Shown one piece after another: positions 36,565-48,125 of a stretch of 64,000 bases of DNA. The stretch covers positions 18,848,001 to 18,912,000 of the forward strand of contig NC_088806.1 of the NCBI RefSeq assembly GCF_011386835.1. The letters run 5' to 3'. The notes beneath the pieces are model-generated. The model made no database searches and was not told where the DNA came from. It was given only the letters and a program-made list of their open reading frames with translations. Each line of letters starts with the position of its first letter. Positions within the stretch are counted from its first letter, which is position 1. Source of the stretch: Chrysemys picta bellii. Its lineage: Eukaryota. Both the position numbers and the translations under genes were made by a program.

Positions 36565-37140
36565 AAGTAAAATAGGCATTAAATACTTCAGCCTTCCTGA
36601 TGTCATGTGCTGTGAGTTCTAGACTTTTTTTGTTAATCTTTCTCTTGCTCTGAATCTATGTAAGGAATCTCTCCTTATTGCCTTTTCTGTCCCTTGTGAG
36701 GTGTAACTCATTTTGTGCCTTAGCCTTTTTGATTTTGTCCCTACGTGTTTCTGCTATTCTTTTGTTCGCATCCTTAGCAATTTGTCCATGTTTCCCCTTT
36801 TTATAGGATTCCTTTTTGATCTTCAGGTCATCAGAAAGCTTCTAGTATGGTCACATTGGATTCTTCCTATTCTTCCTGTCTTCCCTTTGCATCGGGATAG
36901 TTTGCTGTTGCAACTTTTAATATTGTCTTTCTGAGAATCTGACAGCTGTCCTGAATTATTTTCCCTTAGATTTTCTTCCCATGGGACCTTTCCTACTAGT
37001 TCTCTGAGTTCTGTTAGTCTGCTCTTTTGAAGTCCATTGTCTTTATTCTGCTGTTCACTCCTTCCTTTCCTTAGAATCCCAAAATCTATTATTCCATGAT
37101 CACTTTCACCCAGATTGATGCAAATCTGAAGGTTGAAGGC
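36565..37140 (-). mobile_element. Internal CR1 ORF2 fragment (endonuclease C-end and linker), degenerate
   Basis: ORF 36823-37179 contains NLGESDH...ILRKGRS and LRELVGKVPWEENLR, typical of CR1 ORF2. Confidence 0.8.
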
Positions 37141-37569
37141 AAATTCCTCCTTGTTAGAACCAGAACTGAAACAAAACATTGTCCCTGATACATTCCAAGA
37201 ACTTATTGGACATTTTTGTGGTTTTTGCCATGTTACAGCTATGCTTTGTCTTGAGATGATTTTTAATTACAGGGTCTCGTATTATCTTTACCACAGGCCT
37301 CCTGCCTTATTCAGTGTGCAGGATGGACAGTGCTGACTTAATGAGCAGCCATTCAATATTTTGTTTTCTCCTCGTTGTTCAAGGTATGGCCACACGTTTT
37401 ATTGACTGTGCACTAAATTCAAACCATGCCCTAAAAACAGTTCTTAATTTCCTCACTAACTTTTCTACAATGCCCAGCACTGTAGTATTTGAGTACTTCT
37501 CAAATCTTAATGAATTTATTTTTACAAAATCCCTGTGGAGTGAACAGAAATTCGATCATGTCACATCAT

Positions 37570-38020
37570 TTGGTCCCCCCCACTACAGAAAGGATGTGGA
37601 CAAATTGGAGAGAGTCCAGCAGAGGGCAATGAAAATGATTAAGGGGCTGGGGCACAGGACTTACGAGGAGAGGCTGAGGGAACTGGGGTTATTTAGCAGC
37701 CTTCAGCTACCTGAAGGGGGGTTCCAAAGAGGATGGAGCTCGGCTGTTCTCAGTGGTGGCAGATGACAGAACAAGGAGAATGATTTCAAGTTGCAGTGGG
37801 GGAGATCTAGGTTGGATATTATGAAACACTGTTTCACTAGGAGGGTGGTGAAGCACTGGGTTACCTAGGGAAGTGGTGGAATCTCCATCCTTAGAGGTTT
37901 TTAAGGCCCAGCTTGACAAAGCCCTGGCTGGGATGATTTAGTTGGTGTTGCTCCTGCTTTGAGCAGGGGGTTGGACTAGATGACCTCCTGAGGTCTCTTC
38001 CAACCCTAATCTTCTATGAT
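37570..38020 (+). mobile_element. CR1 3' end with internal deletions; paralogue of 4945-6003 lacking the MITE
   Basis: [39 protein letters not shown]; 3' UTR ends TTCCAACCCTAATCTTCTATGATT. Confidence 0.92.
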
Positions 38021-38389
38021 TATCTTGACACCTACATGGATCATCAGCTGGGCTGGAACCTTCTAGCGCTACTGCTCCTTGAGCTGTTGGAGTAATTGAT
38101 AACAATAGCAACTTGTCATCCTCGATGTGGACCAGGACTAAAGGGGGTTGGGACAAATTGCCCATTGGTTTCACAGATATTTGCTGGGGAAATTCTCAGA
38201 ACACACCGCCTGTAATAAACAAGGAATGTTGCTGACGACAGAGGAAGGTGAGACTGAAGAAACATGGGTGCCATTACAGGCTCGAAAGGACAAAGTGGTC
38301 CCCAACACTTCTGCCTGTTCCCTGCCGCATCCTCTCCAACCTAGTTCTGTATCTTCCCCACTCCAAGTTCCTCATCCCAATACCATGGT

Positions 38390-38879
38390 CAGGGCCGGCT
38401 CCAGGCACTAGCCGAGCAAGCTGGTGCTTGGGCGGCAGCTTGTAGGAGGCGGTATTCCGCCCAATCCTAGGGCGGCACGGCCACTTTTTTTTTTTTTTTT
38501 TTGGTGGTTGTTGTTCCGCTCTGGCCACCCTGTAGGGGATGGAGGACGGGAGCACCCTACAGCAAGCCCGGCAAGGCAGCCCGCGACCTTCCCACCCAGC
38601 CGACCGGAGTGGTGCGGAGCCCTCCCGGCAGGGGGCACGGCGGAATGGGCCGCGTGGCAGCACCCCACTGAAGCCCTGGCTGCCCCCTTCTTTCTCTCCT
38701 CCCACTCCCTCCCCCTGCTAGCCGGGGCACATCTGCAGGGCAGGGAGTCCCCCTGCACCCTGGCTCCAGCCACGCCGCAGGTTGTTTTTTTGCTTTGCTG
38801 TTCTGGCCGCCGTGGGTTTATTTTTATTTTTATTTTTATTTTTTTGCTTGGGGTGGCCAGAAAGCCAGAGCCGGCCCTG
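38390..38879 (+). mobile_element. hAT MITE (CAGGGCCGGCTC TIR), 490 bp, CpG-rich
   Basis: TIR CAGGGCCGGCTC / GAGCCGGCCCTG; perfect 8-bp TSD ACCATGGT (38382-38389 / 38880-38887). Confidence 0.95.
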
Positions 38880-38940
38880 ACCATGGTCCTCATTTAGCTA
38901 GCCCTTGTCTCCATGCCTCCAGCTTCTCATACCAGTTTTA

Positions 38941-39538
38941 GGGCTTGTCCACAGGGGGAGTTATTCCAGAATAGTGATTCCTGATTAACTCCATCTATGG
39001 ACATACTTATTCTAGAATAAGTATACCTTATTCCAAAATTAGTTTAATCCACTTTGGGAGTGGATTAAGATAATTCAAAATAAGGCACTCTTATTTCAGA
39101 ATAAGTGTTTACATGTGGAGTTAATCAGGGATAGTTAAGGCTATGATTTTTGTCACGAATCCGTGCATTTCAGAGACTGCCGTGACTTCAGCCCTGGGGC
39201 AGCGGGGCTGGAGCTGTTAGCTGGGGACCCACAGCTCCCGGCCCCTGCAGGTGGCAGGGGGCCCTCTGGCGCAACTGAGCTGCCATGGGGGGCATGGGGC
39301 CCCAGAGCCGCAGCAGTGATAGGTGCTGGAGCCTTCTCCCTCCTCATTTTGTCACAGATATTTTTAGTAAAAGTCACCGACACATCACAGGCGTCTGTGA
39401 ATTTTTCTTTATTACCCATCACCTGTCCATGACGTCTACTAAAAATATGTTACAAAATCTTAGCCTTAGGGATAGTTAATTCACTTTAAATTCACATAGT
39501 ACCTTATTCCAGATTATTTTGCATGTGTAGACAAGCCC
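38941..39538. mobile_element. Harbinger-like MITE hosting a nested hAT MITE
   Basis: TIR GGGCTTGTCCACA / TGTAGACAAGCCC; 3-bp flanks TTA / CTA; repeated TTATTC.AGAATAA motifs. Confidence 0.8.
39136..39468. mobile_element. hAT MITE (TAAGGCTA TIR), 333 bp, nested
   Basis: TIR TAAGGCTATGATTTT / AAAATCTTAGCCTTA; perfect 8-bp TSD GGGATAGT (39128-39135 / 39469-39476). Confidence 0.93.
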
Positions 39539-41658
39539 CTAGCCTTCATTTCAGATCTTCCTGTCTCAGTCCAAAGCTCCTTATCCAGTTAGTCACAGCT
39601 TCCCCCTTCCAGGCCACTCCTCTGATCTCTCTCTCTCTCTCCCTCTCCTTCCCATCCAGCCTATAGTTGCACCCCCTGCCCCCATTGCTCCATCTCACAG
39701 GTTTCTAGTTTCCCTCCCTGAGCTCCTCAGCCAATCTCAATGCCCCACCCTAGCTCCTTGTCCCAGTGTCCTTGGCCAGACACTCCCAGCACCCTTACTG
39801 GCATGCTGGTTTCTCAGCTGATCTCACTGTCTCTTTCTCTCCTATCCATACACACAGCATTGTTTTCCCGGGGTCCTTGTCCAGCCAATCCCTCTCCCCC
39901 TCAACCCCCACCAGCCTTTAGTTCTGCTTCCCCCAAAACTCCTCACAGTCTTCTACTCTGCTTTACTTTCCCCCCTCCACTTAAATCAGGCACCTTCCTC
40001 CTCTGTGCCACCTCAGCAGAGTGGGGAGGAGACAACCATAATAATATATACACATACCAGCCCTGCCTATAATATATGTCTCTTCCCCCATGGGGAGGTG
40101 AAGAAATAAAAGTGCAACTGGTGCAGCAGTGTCTGCCTGAACCAATATCTCCAGAAGTATGAACAACCCCATTGATTTCTGAAATCTGCTTCTCTGGGAT
40201 GCCCACACTAACAGCACCCCAACAGAGCCCTGTAGTGGGCATGGGGGGAGTGGCAGCCCACACACACACACTCAGTCCTATGCTCAGGTGGGTGGAGGTT
40301 GAATCTTTTGTCCTCTGAGACAGCGCTGTACACAGGGAGCAGAGCTCCAGGAAGGCCCAGCCTGCCCAATCAAGGAGTGGTGCCACGTCCCTCACCAACA
40401 CCGCTGATGGTTCTTGCGTAGCTGGTCACTGCCAAGCTGAGGAAGGTTGGAGCCCCACGGTGCAGGAGTGGAGCCGGAGGGGAGAATGTCGAGCGAGCCT
40501 GCGGCCCAGAATGCTTTGCTCCAGCTCTAGCTGGTGGCCTTCCCAAAGGACTGTACTCCTGCTCCCCAAGCCGCAGGGTCCAGCAAGTCTCATCTGGCTT
40601 TCTGAGCTGCCTGTAAAAGGGCTAGGCTAGTCAGAGCAAAGGCCTTTAAAGAGGCCTGGGTGTACAGCATATTGGTGCTGTCTCCGCCATGCTCGGAGAG
40701 CAGAAGATGACAGTGGTTTGGAAGCTATTCAAATTTATGCCCTAATCCTGTGTTGGGATCTGCAGCTGCAAAATCCCACTGGCTCTTTGTACAGGTGCAG
40801 AGGCCCACACAAGCCAATCCTGATGCAGGATTCAGGCCTAAAGGAGCCGGCTGATAGTGCCACCTCTTCATTGCCCAGCCCTAGGGGAGAGAGCATATCT
40901 TCAGCCAATTGAGGAGTCTGGTACCAGAGTTCAGAGTCAGGGTTGAACTGTAGGGGTGGGGCGGGGGGTTCCCGAGGAGCCTTCCAGAGCATCTCCACTG
41001 TTAACCAAACAAGGCTCCCATAAAAGTTCATTAGCTGTAGCTATAAATTAATAATCCCTGCTGCGACTGTTGTGTAACAAGATGGCAATCCTGACTGTAT
41101 CTGTAAATAATTCATGCTATTAAATTCGTTACATCCAGCACTCGTTTACCCGCTGTGACTACAAATATTCCTCTCTCTCTCTCCATAGACAGCATATGTT
41201 ATCCACCAGGCACAGAGACTTAGTGGTCATCATGAAGAGCCTGTACCACTCGATGGGTGGGTGGGTTTGGGGAAAACAATGTGGAGCTGACTCGAGTGTT
41301 TCTATTAATCAAATGTCCAGAAATGAAATGGCGTCTACATTCCTTCATGTACACATAGGTTTGGCAGAATTCAGCATTTATCTTTTAGGATGTCAATGGA
41401 TAATACTGATTAAAAATAAATTTCCGTTTTTATCCACTTTTAATTTTTTTACAGTTGTGGGAAATTATGGGCGAGTCAGACAATTATTGTCTAATGACAG
41501 TAGACATTGATTCCAGAAAGTTAACGGTTTATAACAATTAAAGCACAAACTGTCAGCATCACATGGCAAAATATACAAAGTAAATATCCTTAAATCAGAC
41601 TCTACATTCTCAAGCAGCACATTTTTTGCCTCTCTGTAAATTTTAATTATGATGATGG

Positions 41659-42554
41659 TGTGATAAATGAAGGGAGGGGGGTAGCTCCCTTTTATGGACA
41701 CCCAGCCAGTAGCTATAAAATCCCTCTTAGTAGCTGTTCTCTAATTGCTTACCTGTAAAGCGTAGATAGGTAAAAGAAAGTGAGTGGGCACCTGGCCAAA
41801 AGAGCCAATAGGAAGGCTAGAACTTTTAAAAATTGAAACAAAGACCCCTTTGTCTGTCTGTCTGTCTTGCTCTCCTGGGGAGAGGCTGACAAGGCAGAGC
41901 TATGCTGTAAGAAGCTTGGGGCCAGGTATGAAAAATCCTTGGTATCACAGCTAGAAACTACTCATTTGAAACCCCAGATATGTAAGTAGATCAGGAAATG
42001 TCTAGGAAGACGCAATTAGGTTTATTTCTTTATGGCTTGTGGACTCCTCTGTGCTAACCCCGGGTGCTTTGTTTTGCTTATAACCTTTAAGCTGAACCTC
42101 AAGAAAGCTGTTCTTGGTGCTTAATCCTTGTAGGTGCTCTTTTAAAATATAGCAATAGCCTGAGTTCCCAGATGTATTTTTTTCTTTTTTATTAATAAAA
42201 TTTACCTTTTTTAAGAACAGAATTGGATTTTTTGTGCCAAGAGGTTTGTGTACGTTGTTTAATTAGCTGGTGGCAACAGCTTATTTCCTTTTTTTTTTCT
42301 TTCTTTCTCAGCTCTTCCCCGGATGGGGGTTGAAAGGGCTTGAGGGAACCCCACAGGAAGGAATTCCCAAGTGCACCTTCCTGGGCTCTCAAAGGAGTTC
42401 TGCATTTGGGTGGTGGCAGCATCTACCAATCCAAGGTCAGAGAAAAGCTTGGGAGTTTAATACCAGCTTGGCGTGGCCAGTATTAATTTTTAGAATCCTT
42501 GCTGGCCCCCACCTTCTGCACTCGAAGTGCCAGAGTGGGGAATTACCCTTGACA
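41659..42554 (+). mobile_element. Solo LTR, 896 bp (ERV or Gypsy-type; class not determined)
   Basis: TG...CA termini (TGTGA / TGACA), perfect 5-bp TSD GATGG (41654-41658 / 42555-42559), TATAAAA at 41714, CCAAT at 41805, AATAAA at 42194. Confidence 0.85.
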
Positions 42555-43139
42555 GATGGAAATATTTTTTCATCAGTTTGAGGACACAGTGAAAATGATA
42601 CTTACCAATTTAAAATCTCGAATCCTTCCACGCCTGTGTAGACAGAGGCACAATCCAAAAAGTCTGAATCTGACTTCAGAGTCTGACTTCCTCAGTGTAT
42701 CTTACAAGGTGCTCAGCCATGTGAGTTTGTTTTGGACTCACCTCTGACATGAATTGAACTATACTTTTAAAAATGTAGCCCCCACATTGATCTTCTCACC
42801 AGCCATCTGCTAGCCAGAGGGCTTTGGAGGAGAATGCTGAACCATAGGTATGAGACCAACCCATTTATCTGATAGCTAGCAGTGCAGGGCTATGCCTCTG
42901 GAAACTGCTTCTGCTGACTGTTCACCCATGCAACAGGGTTGTAGTAAACTCCAGGGCCCACTGCAAGATCTGTGTGGTTCTTCCCCCCCCCCCCACCCCA
43001 AAAAAATGAGAGAATAGCACGGGAGAGTCACTACTTGGAAATAAATTACCAGTAGGGAGGCCTGGACAGTGGGTGAGAGTGGGTTTAAAAGTGGGATGGC
43101 CTTTGTTTGGAAAGCGAAAGTTCTGGGTTCTTTCCAAGC

Positions 43140-43290
43140 TTTGCTGCAGACTCACTGTAAGATCTTGGGCAAATCATTTCACCTCTCAGTGCCTCAGTTT
43201 CCTCGTCTGTAATATGGGGCTAGTACTTCTCTACCTCATTGAGGGATAGAGAGTTTTAATAAACGCCTGTAAAGTGCTCAGATATTTGGA
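43140..43290 (+). mobile_element. MIR/CORE-type SINE
   Basis: ATCTTGGGCAAATCATTTCACCTCTCAGTGCCTCAGTTTCCTCGTCTGTAATATGGGG. Confidence 0.8.
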
Positions 43291-46200
43291 GAGCAGGGAC
43301 TATGATTTTGTGCTTCTAATTACTTCCCAATAACTGAGCTTGAAACAGGGAATCTAGGTATTTAAGCCAGCACAAAAGAGAAATGCTACTAATTCAGAGA
43401 TGGACCAAAATTCTCTCTTGAAATACATGTACACAGGTAGCATATTTAACTATGTAAATGGTCGAGCAACATCTTGTCTACTGCACCTTTAAATCTCAAA
43501 AGATTTTGCTATCTGTGGAATAGGGAGCCATTTTGTGTTCAGTTGAATGCAGAATGCTGGAGGCACACACACTGTGCTCCCACCTAGACACTTTGCTCCT
43601 GTTCTATTTTGTTGTTGTTGTTGTACTAAAATAAAGGTAACTGTTACTGAGAGCATTTTATTCTTTGTGCATAGAAAAAAAATAACATTTGGAAGCAACT
43701 TCTGAAGTGTTTAAGTATATTGTGGAATACAGATGGCTTGATTACTACACTCCCAATGTTTCTAACATTTCTATATTGCTGTATTAATAAGACATAAGAT
43801 GATTGCAAGGTTCACAAATGTGCTTGTCACTCTTTGGGACTCGTAATCTTGTAATTAACTGAAGTTTTAAATTAATTTTACAGCGTGATCTCTATCAGCT
43901 TTGTCATCTGGACTGCCCAGGCATGATCATCCAGAACAAGACTCAAACAGAACCATTTGGGGACGCTATTGAGTCATCTTACATCCCTTTCCTACATGCT
44001 AATAACTTCTTTGGTGTCCTTCCAGTAAGTACTGTATACACTTGCACATATTCCCACATAACCTATAAAAAAATTAGTCAGTTAAAGTTAGTAAGTTATT
44101 TATTTGCACATGGAAGTATTAATTGATTGGAAGTTGGTGGCGCATTTTCATTTAGGAAATACATGGTGATTTTTGTCCATGACAAACTTATAAGGAAGTG
44201 ATGGAATTCCTTAAGCTCTTTCATTTAAAGCCATATTAAACAAAACCCAACGCTCTGTCACTTTAATGTATGAATAACTTGTATGATAAGTTTTAGACTA
44301 AGTTCTTCAAAGGTTTGCCTAGTAAACAACTGTCTCTTTTAGTACATTGGGGATCATTGGTGGGGAGGAAAGGCCTGTTGCTGATGGGTTTATAGGGGTG
44401 TTTTTAATGTGCTTGCATGCAAAGGAACTGTGTAAGAAGAGGTGGCTTATTGATCATCTGAGCTGGAAGAAGGGATGAGATGTGCATGTTAATTGGATGA
44501 GCTAATGAGTATTGGGACCCCCTCGATCAGGGAGGTTGGGGAGAAAAATGGCTCTCGGCTTTCCTATAAACCAGAAAGAGCTACTGTGGTATGCAGACTT
44601 CCTTAGTCAGAGATTTGCCTTTTTGGGATGCTGAAAGAGAGAGGCTCCGGCCAGCCTGGGAGAGTGAATGTTTTAATCTATCAGGTGTCTTCATCTTGTT
44701 TAATCAAACTGACTCTAAGCCTGGATCCTATCCAGCTATGTCTGTCTATTCTGGTTAACCTTGATGTTGGGACGTGCACCTGACCTATGCCCAACACAGC
44801 TGGCTTTTGTTTAAGATAACTGGAAACAGAGAGGCGTGACTGTTGTGGTGTTCACGGGAGGAGGGGTGCCTTGGCAAACAGCTGCCTGAACTCTGACCTC
44901 AGAGGAGGGAGGCCAAGCCAGGAGGGGAGTAGCAGTTGGAGGAGGTCAGCCAAAGGCAAAAAATAAGTTGCTATCTCCCCAAAGATGCACATGGCTCATT
45001 CCTGGGTTTAGTTACACTGAGCATGGTTCGCTGAGACAGATCACCAACAGGTAATTGGTAATTAAATCTTGTACATGGCCAGTCTCTATGGCTCCCTCCT
45101 TGTTTTGGAGTGTCAAAGATTTTTGTTTGTTTTTAATGTGGCCTGCTATCTTACTCTAGCTTTTCCACATAATACACAGTCTAATGAAACATGAAGTATT
45201 ATGCTCTCTCCAAACCTATGTAAATGGTTCAATTAACATCAGATTTTTACCGAGCATGTCAAGATTGGAGACCTCTCATAAGAAAGAGAAATGCAATCTA
45301 ATCCAAGGGTATAGGTCTCTCAGATATGGCCAAGCCAAGAGATGAGGAATGAGCTTACAATGACCAAATCAGCTGATACAGATGGAAAAAATATTACTAC
45401 CCTCCCGCCCCCTGCCTCCCAAAAACCCTTCACAATTAAAATTCCTCCCACAACTTGAAATTCTATGGCAACATTACAATGTCATAACCAGCTGTGTATC
45501 TTTTGAAAGATTAAAAGACATAAAGTGAAAAGTAAGGGGAAAAAAACAGTGATGCAGAATCATATGGGGGTGGGAGTACACGTAATTGAGGTTGACGGGG
45601 GGGGGGGAGGGGAAACATCCCCTAAATCAAAACTCCAAATACATCTGTGGCCTCTTGCCATGGGAGTTTCATAGACTGGTTGCATCACATTCCAAGAAAT
45701 GTGATCTTTTAAAAATAATAATAAAGAAACTGTAAATGAGGACTTCTGGCAGAATGACAATACAGTCCCAGCAGTAAACAAGCTAGTTAAGATGACAAAA
45801 TAGGTCATTAAAGTAAATAGTATAAACTGAGTCTCAGCCATGGCTAGGAATCCTTATTATGATAGAGGATATTAAGATGACAAAGGAGGTTGTGGGGAAC
45901 TCACTAGTGACAAGTTTATCTGGGGCACAGGAGTGGGACATCTCTGTTTACAAGGAAAATAAATTACTGGAACTGCTAAAGTGCTAAGTCCATTCTATTT
46001 AGCTGAGAATTAACAGAAGGTGTTTTAGAAGCATATTAAAGATTATAAACTGCCATCTCGCTAAGCAGCATGCACAGTGCCTCTTCGCTTAGTGTGAGGT
46101 CTTCTGTGGTTTGATTCAACTGGGTTTTGTGACTTTGGATTTATAGGAAATGGTTCTCTCACTCTTCCACATCTACAGACTATTGCTTGAGAGCACCCCT

Positions 46201-47039
46201 CCACTTTCCAGCCCTGAACTTTTGCTCTCCTCTGAGCAATTACACTGTTTGGCTACAGGAAACATCAATATTAGGGTAAGAACAGAGCATGTGCAACAAA
46301 ACTAAGCTTAAAAGTTTGAACAAATATTTGTGGAAAGATAACTTGACTACCAGAGGTGCTCTAACTACAGCTGGTTAGAAAGCAGGACTTAGTTGTGATT
46401 AAAAACTACATGGAATTTTCATCCTTATATTGTTGCTGTTTTGAAGTTGCAAATTGCTCATCAACTCCAGTTGAGTTTATGGATGAGACTGCTCCCGTAC
46501 GACTCCATCCTCCAATGTTCTGAGCTCCTCCCCTTCCATTTATCTTAACAGGAGATGAGTAGCTCAGTGCATCAAAGGATATCCAGACTGGGAACAGCAC
46601 ATTGTCAGTAAATGATGGAGAATCTCCATGGGCAGCGAACTTTGAAATCTCACGTTAAACCTGATTTCAAAGTGATGTTTGTCCAATTGGGAAACACAAA
46701 CGCCATGTGAGCTGTGTCTCCAATCAAAACTAGCCAGTGCACCTTAGATGTTTGTTTACTTACAACCAACTGCTTGTGAACAGTCTACGGAGCGAGAACG
46801 TGTTCAGCAAGTAACTGCATAATGAATACATTCAGGGGATTTGGAAGCTGTTCATGGATGACTCCTGAATGGAAAAAGAGGCAAAATTGTCATCCGAGTT
46901 ATTCGCTTGACTCTAACAGGGACAGTATTAAAGAGACAAAATGAGGCCGTTCCCTATTTGTAGCATGTTACATTTATTAGGACTGACTTTTCTGTGACAA
47001 CTTGCTGTCCCTGATGCTCTAATCTCATCTGCCCAGTTT

Positions 47040-47115
47040 GCTTTTTCCAGTTTGGGTCTATCCCTTTATGTTTGTTCCCATCTCTAATTTTGGTGTCATC
47101 CACAAATCTGATTGT
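47040..47115 (-). mobile_element. Very old CR1-like RT fragment
   Basis: Minus-strand translation RFVDDTKI, a degenerate version of KFADDTKL. Confidence 0.45.
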
Positions 47116-47659
47116 GGTTGAATTTATACACAAGAAACCTTACACAGTGAAGGTGTAAAGCAGCTCCATGAGGTGCAGTAGGGCGTTGGTCTACTAATGA
47201 CCTTAGGTGGCTAAACAACCTGCAAGAAACCCTATGAGTTGTGGACAAGGATACAAATAGCAGAAAATATCAGTGGTGGAAGATGTGCCGATGCTGCATC
47301 ATAATGCCAAGCAACTCTGCACACCCCCTGCAAGCTGTCACTATGAGACAGTTTTAGAACCTGATACAAAGCCCATTGATATCAATGGGAGGTCCCCCAC
47401 CACCACTCATCAACTTCAATGGGCCTTTCATTGTACATTACTACTCAGTGTGATGGAGTCCAGCAATGGGAGTTGTCCAAGGTGCTGAAGGACAATGTTG
47501 ACTCCTTAAGCCTCATTGGCTTTGCTGTGCTCTCATCAGAATTACTAATTCATACCCTTGTATCACAGTGCACTTGAGGAATCTTGTACTCTTTAGATTC
47601 CTGTAGGGGATCCTGGCTTTTTGTCTGATATAAAACAAGGCTTTGGTAAGAGAAACAGT

Positions 47660-47830
47660 GTTCTCTAGTGGATAGGGCATTGGACTGGGAATCTACAGCC
47701 CTGGGTTCTATCCCCAGCTCTGCCACTGGCCTGTGGGGGACCTTGGGCAAATCACTACCCCACTTTGTGCCTCGGTTTCCCCAGGTGTACAGTGGAGATA
47801 CTTGCTTACCTTATGTAAAGTTATCATTAT
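47660..47830 (+). mobile_element. MIR/CORE-type SINE
   Basis: CTAGTGGATAGGGCATTGGACTGGGA...GGGTTCTATCCCCAGCTCTGCCAC...ACCTTGGGCAAATCAC. Confidence 0.8.
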
Positions 47831-48034
47831 CTTACAGAACCTTACTAGTGGTATATACGAATTAAGTTCAGTGTCTGGGTTCACCCCATTATAAAAGAGC
47901 CACTTCCAAAATTTAGATCCAGGTTTGGATTTCATCCCACCCCCTAGTTTTAGGGTGTTTTGGAGCCAGGATTTTAGTTTGAGCCCACCTCTAATAAAGC
48001 TAAAATAACTATTAAAGTAGCGTCCAAAGACTCC

Positions 48035-48125
48035 GACCAAGGTCAGGCCCTTTTGTGCTGGGCACTGTACAAACACATAGTAAGAGGTACTCCATTCCCC
48101 AAGGAGCTTAAAATCTGTCTAGACA
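48035..48125 (-). mobile_element. L2-type LINE 3' tail fragment
   Basis: GTGCTGGGCACTGTACAAACACATAG...CCCCAAGGAGCTTAAAATCT is the reverse complement of the 1020/9283 motif. Confidence 0.6.

Noticed and set aside
38274-38897. Four overlapping ORFs of 60-161 aa on both strands
   Set aside because: All lie in a GC-rich hAT MITE with TIRs and TSD; stop-poor composition explains them.
45560-45841. 93-aa ORF with a signal-peptide-like N-terminus
   Set aside because: AT-rich sequence often gives hydrophobic peptides; no homologue recognised and no supporting downstream exon.
46572-46582. Minus-strand ATATCCTTT matching the U12 (AT-AC) 5' splice-site consensus
   Set aside because: A single 9-mer is expected by chance at modest frequency; I did not identify a matching U12 branch site or a recognisable upstream exon.
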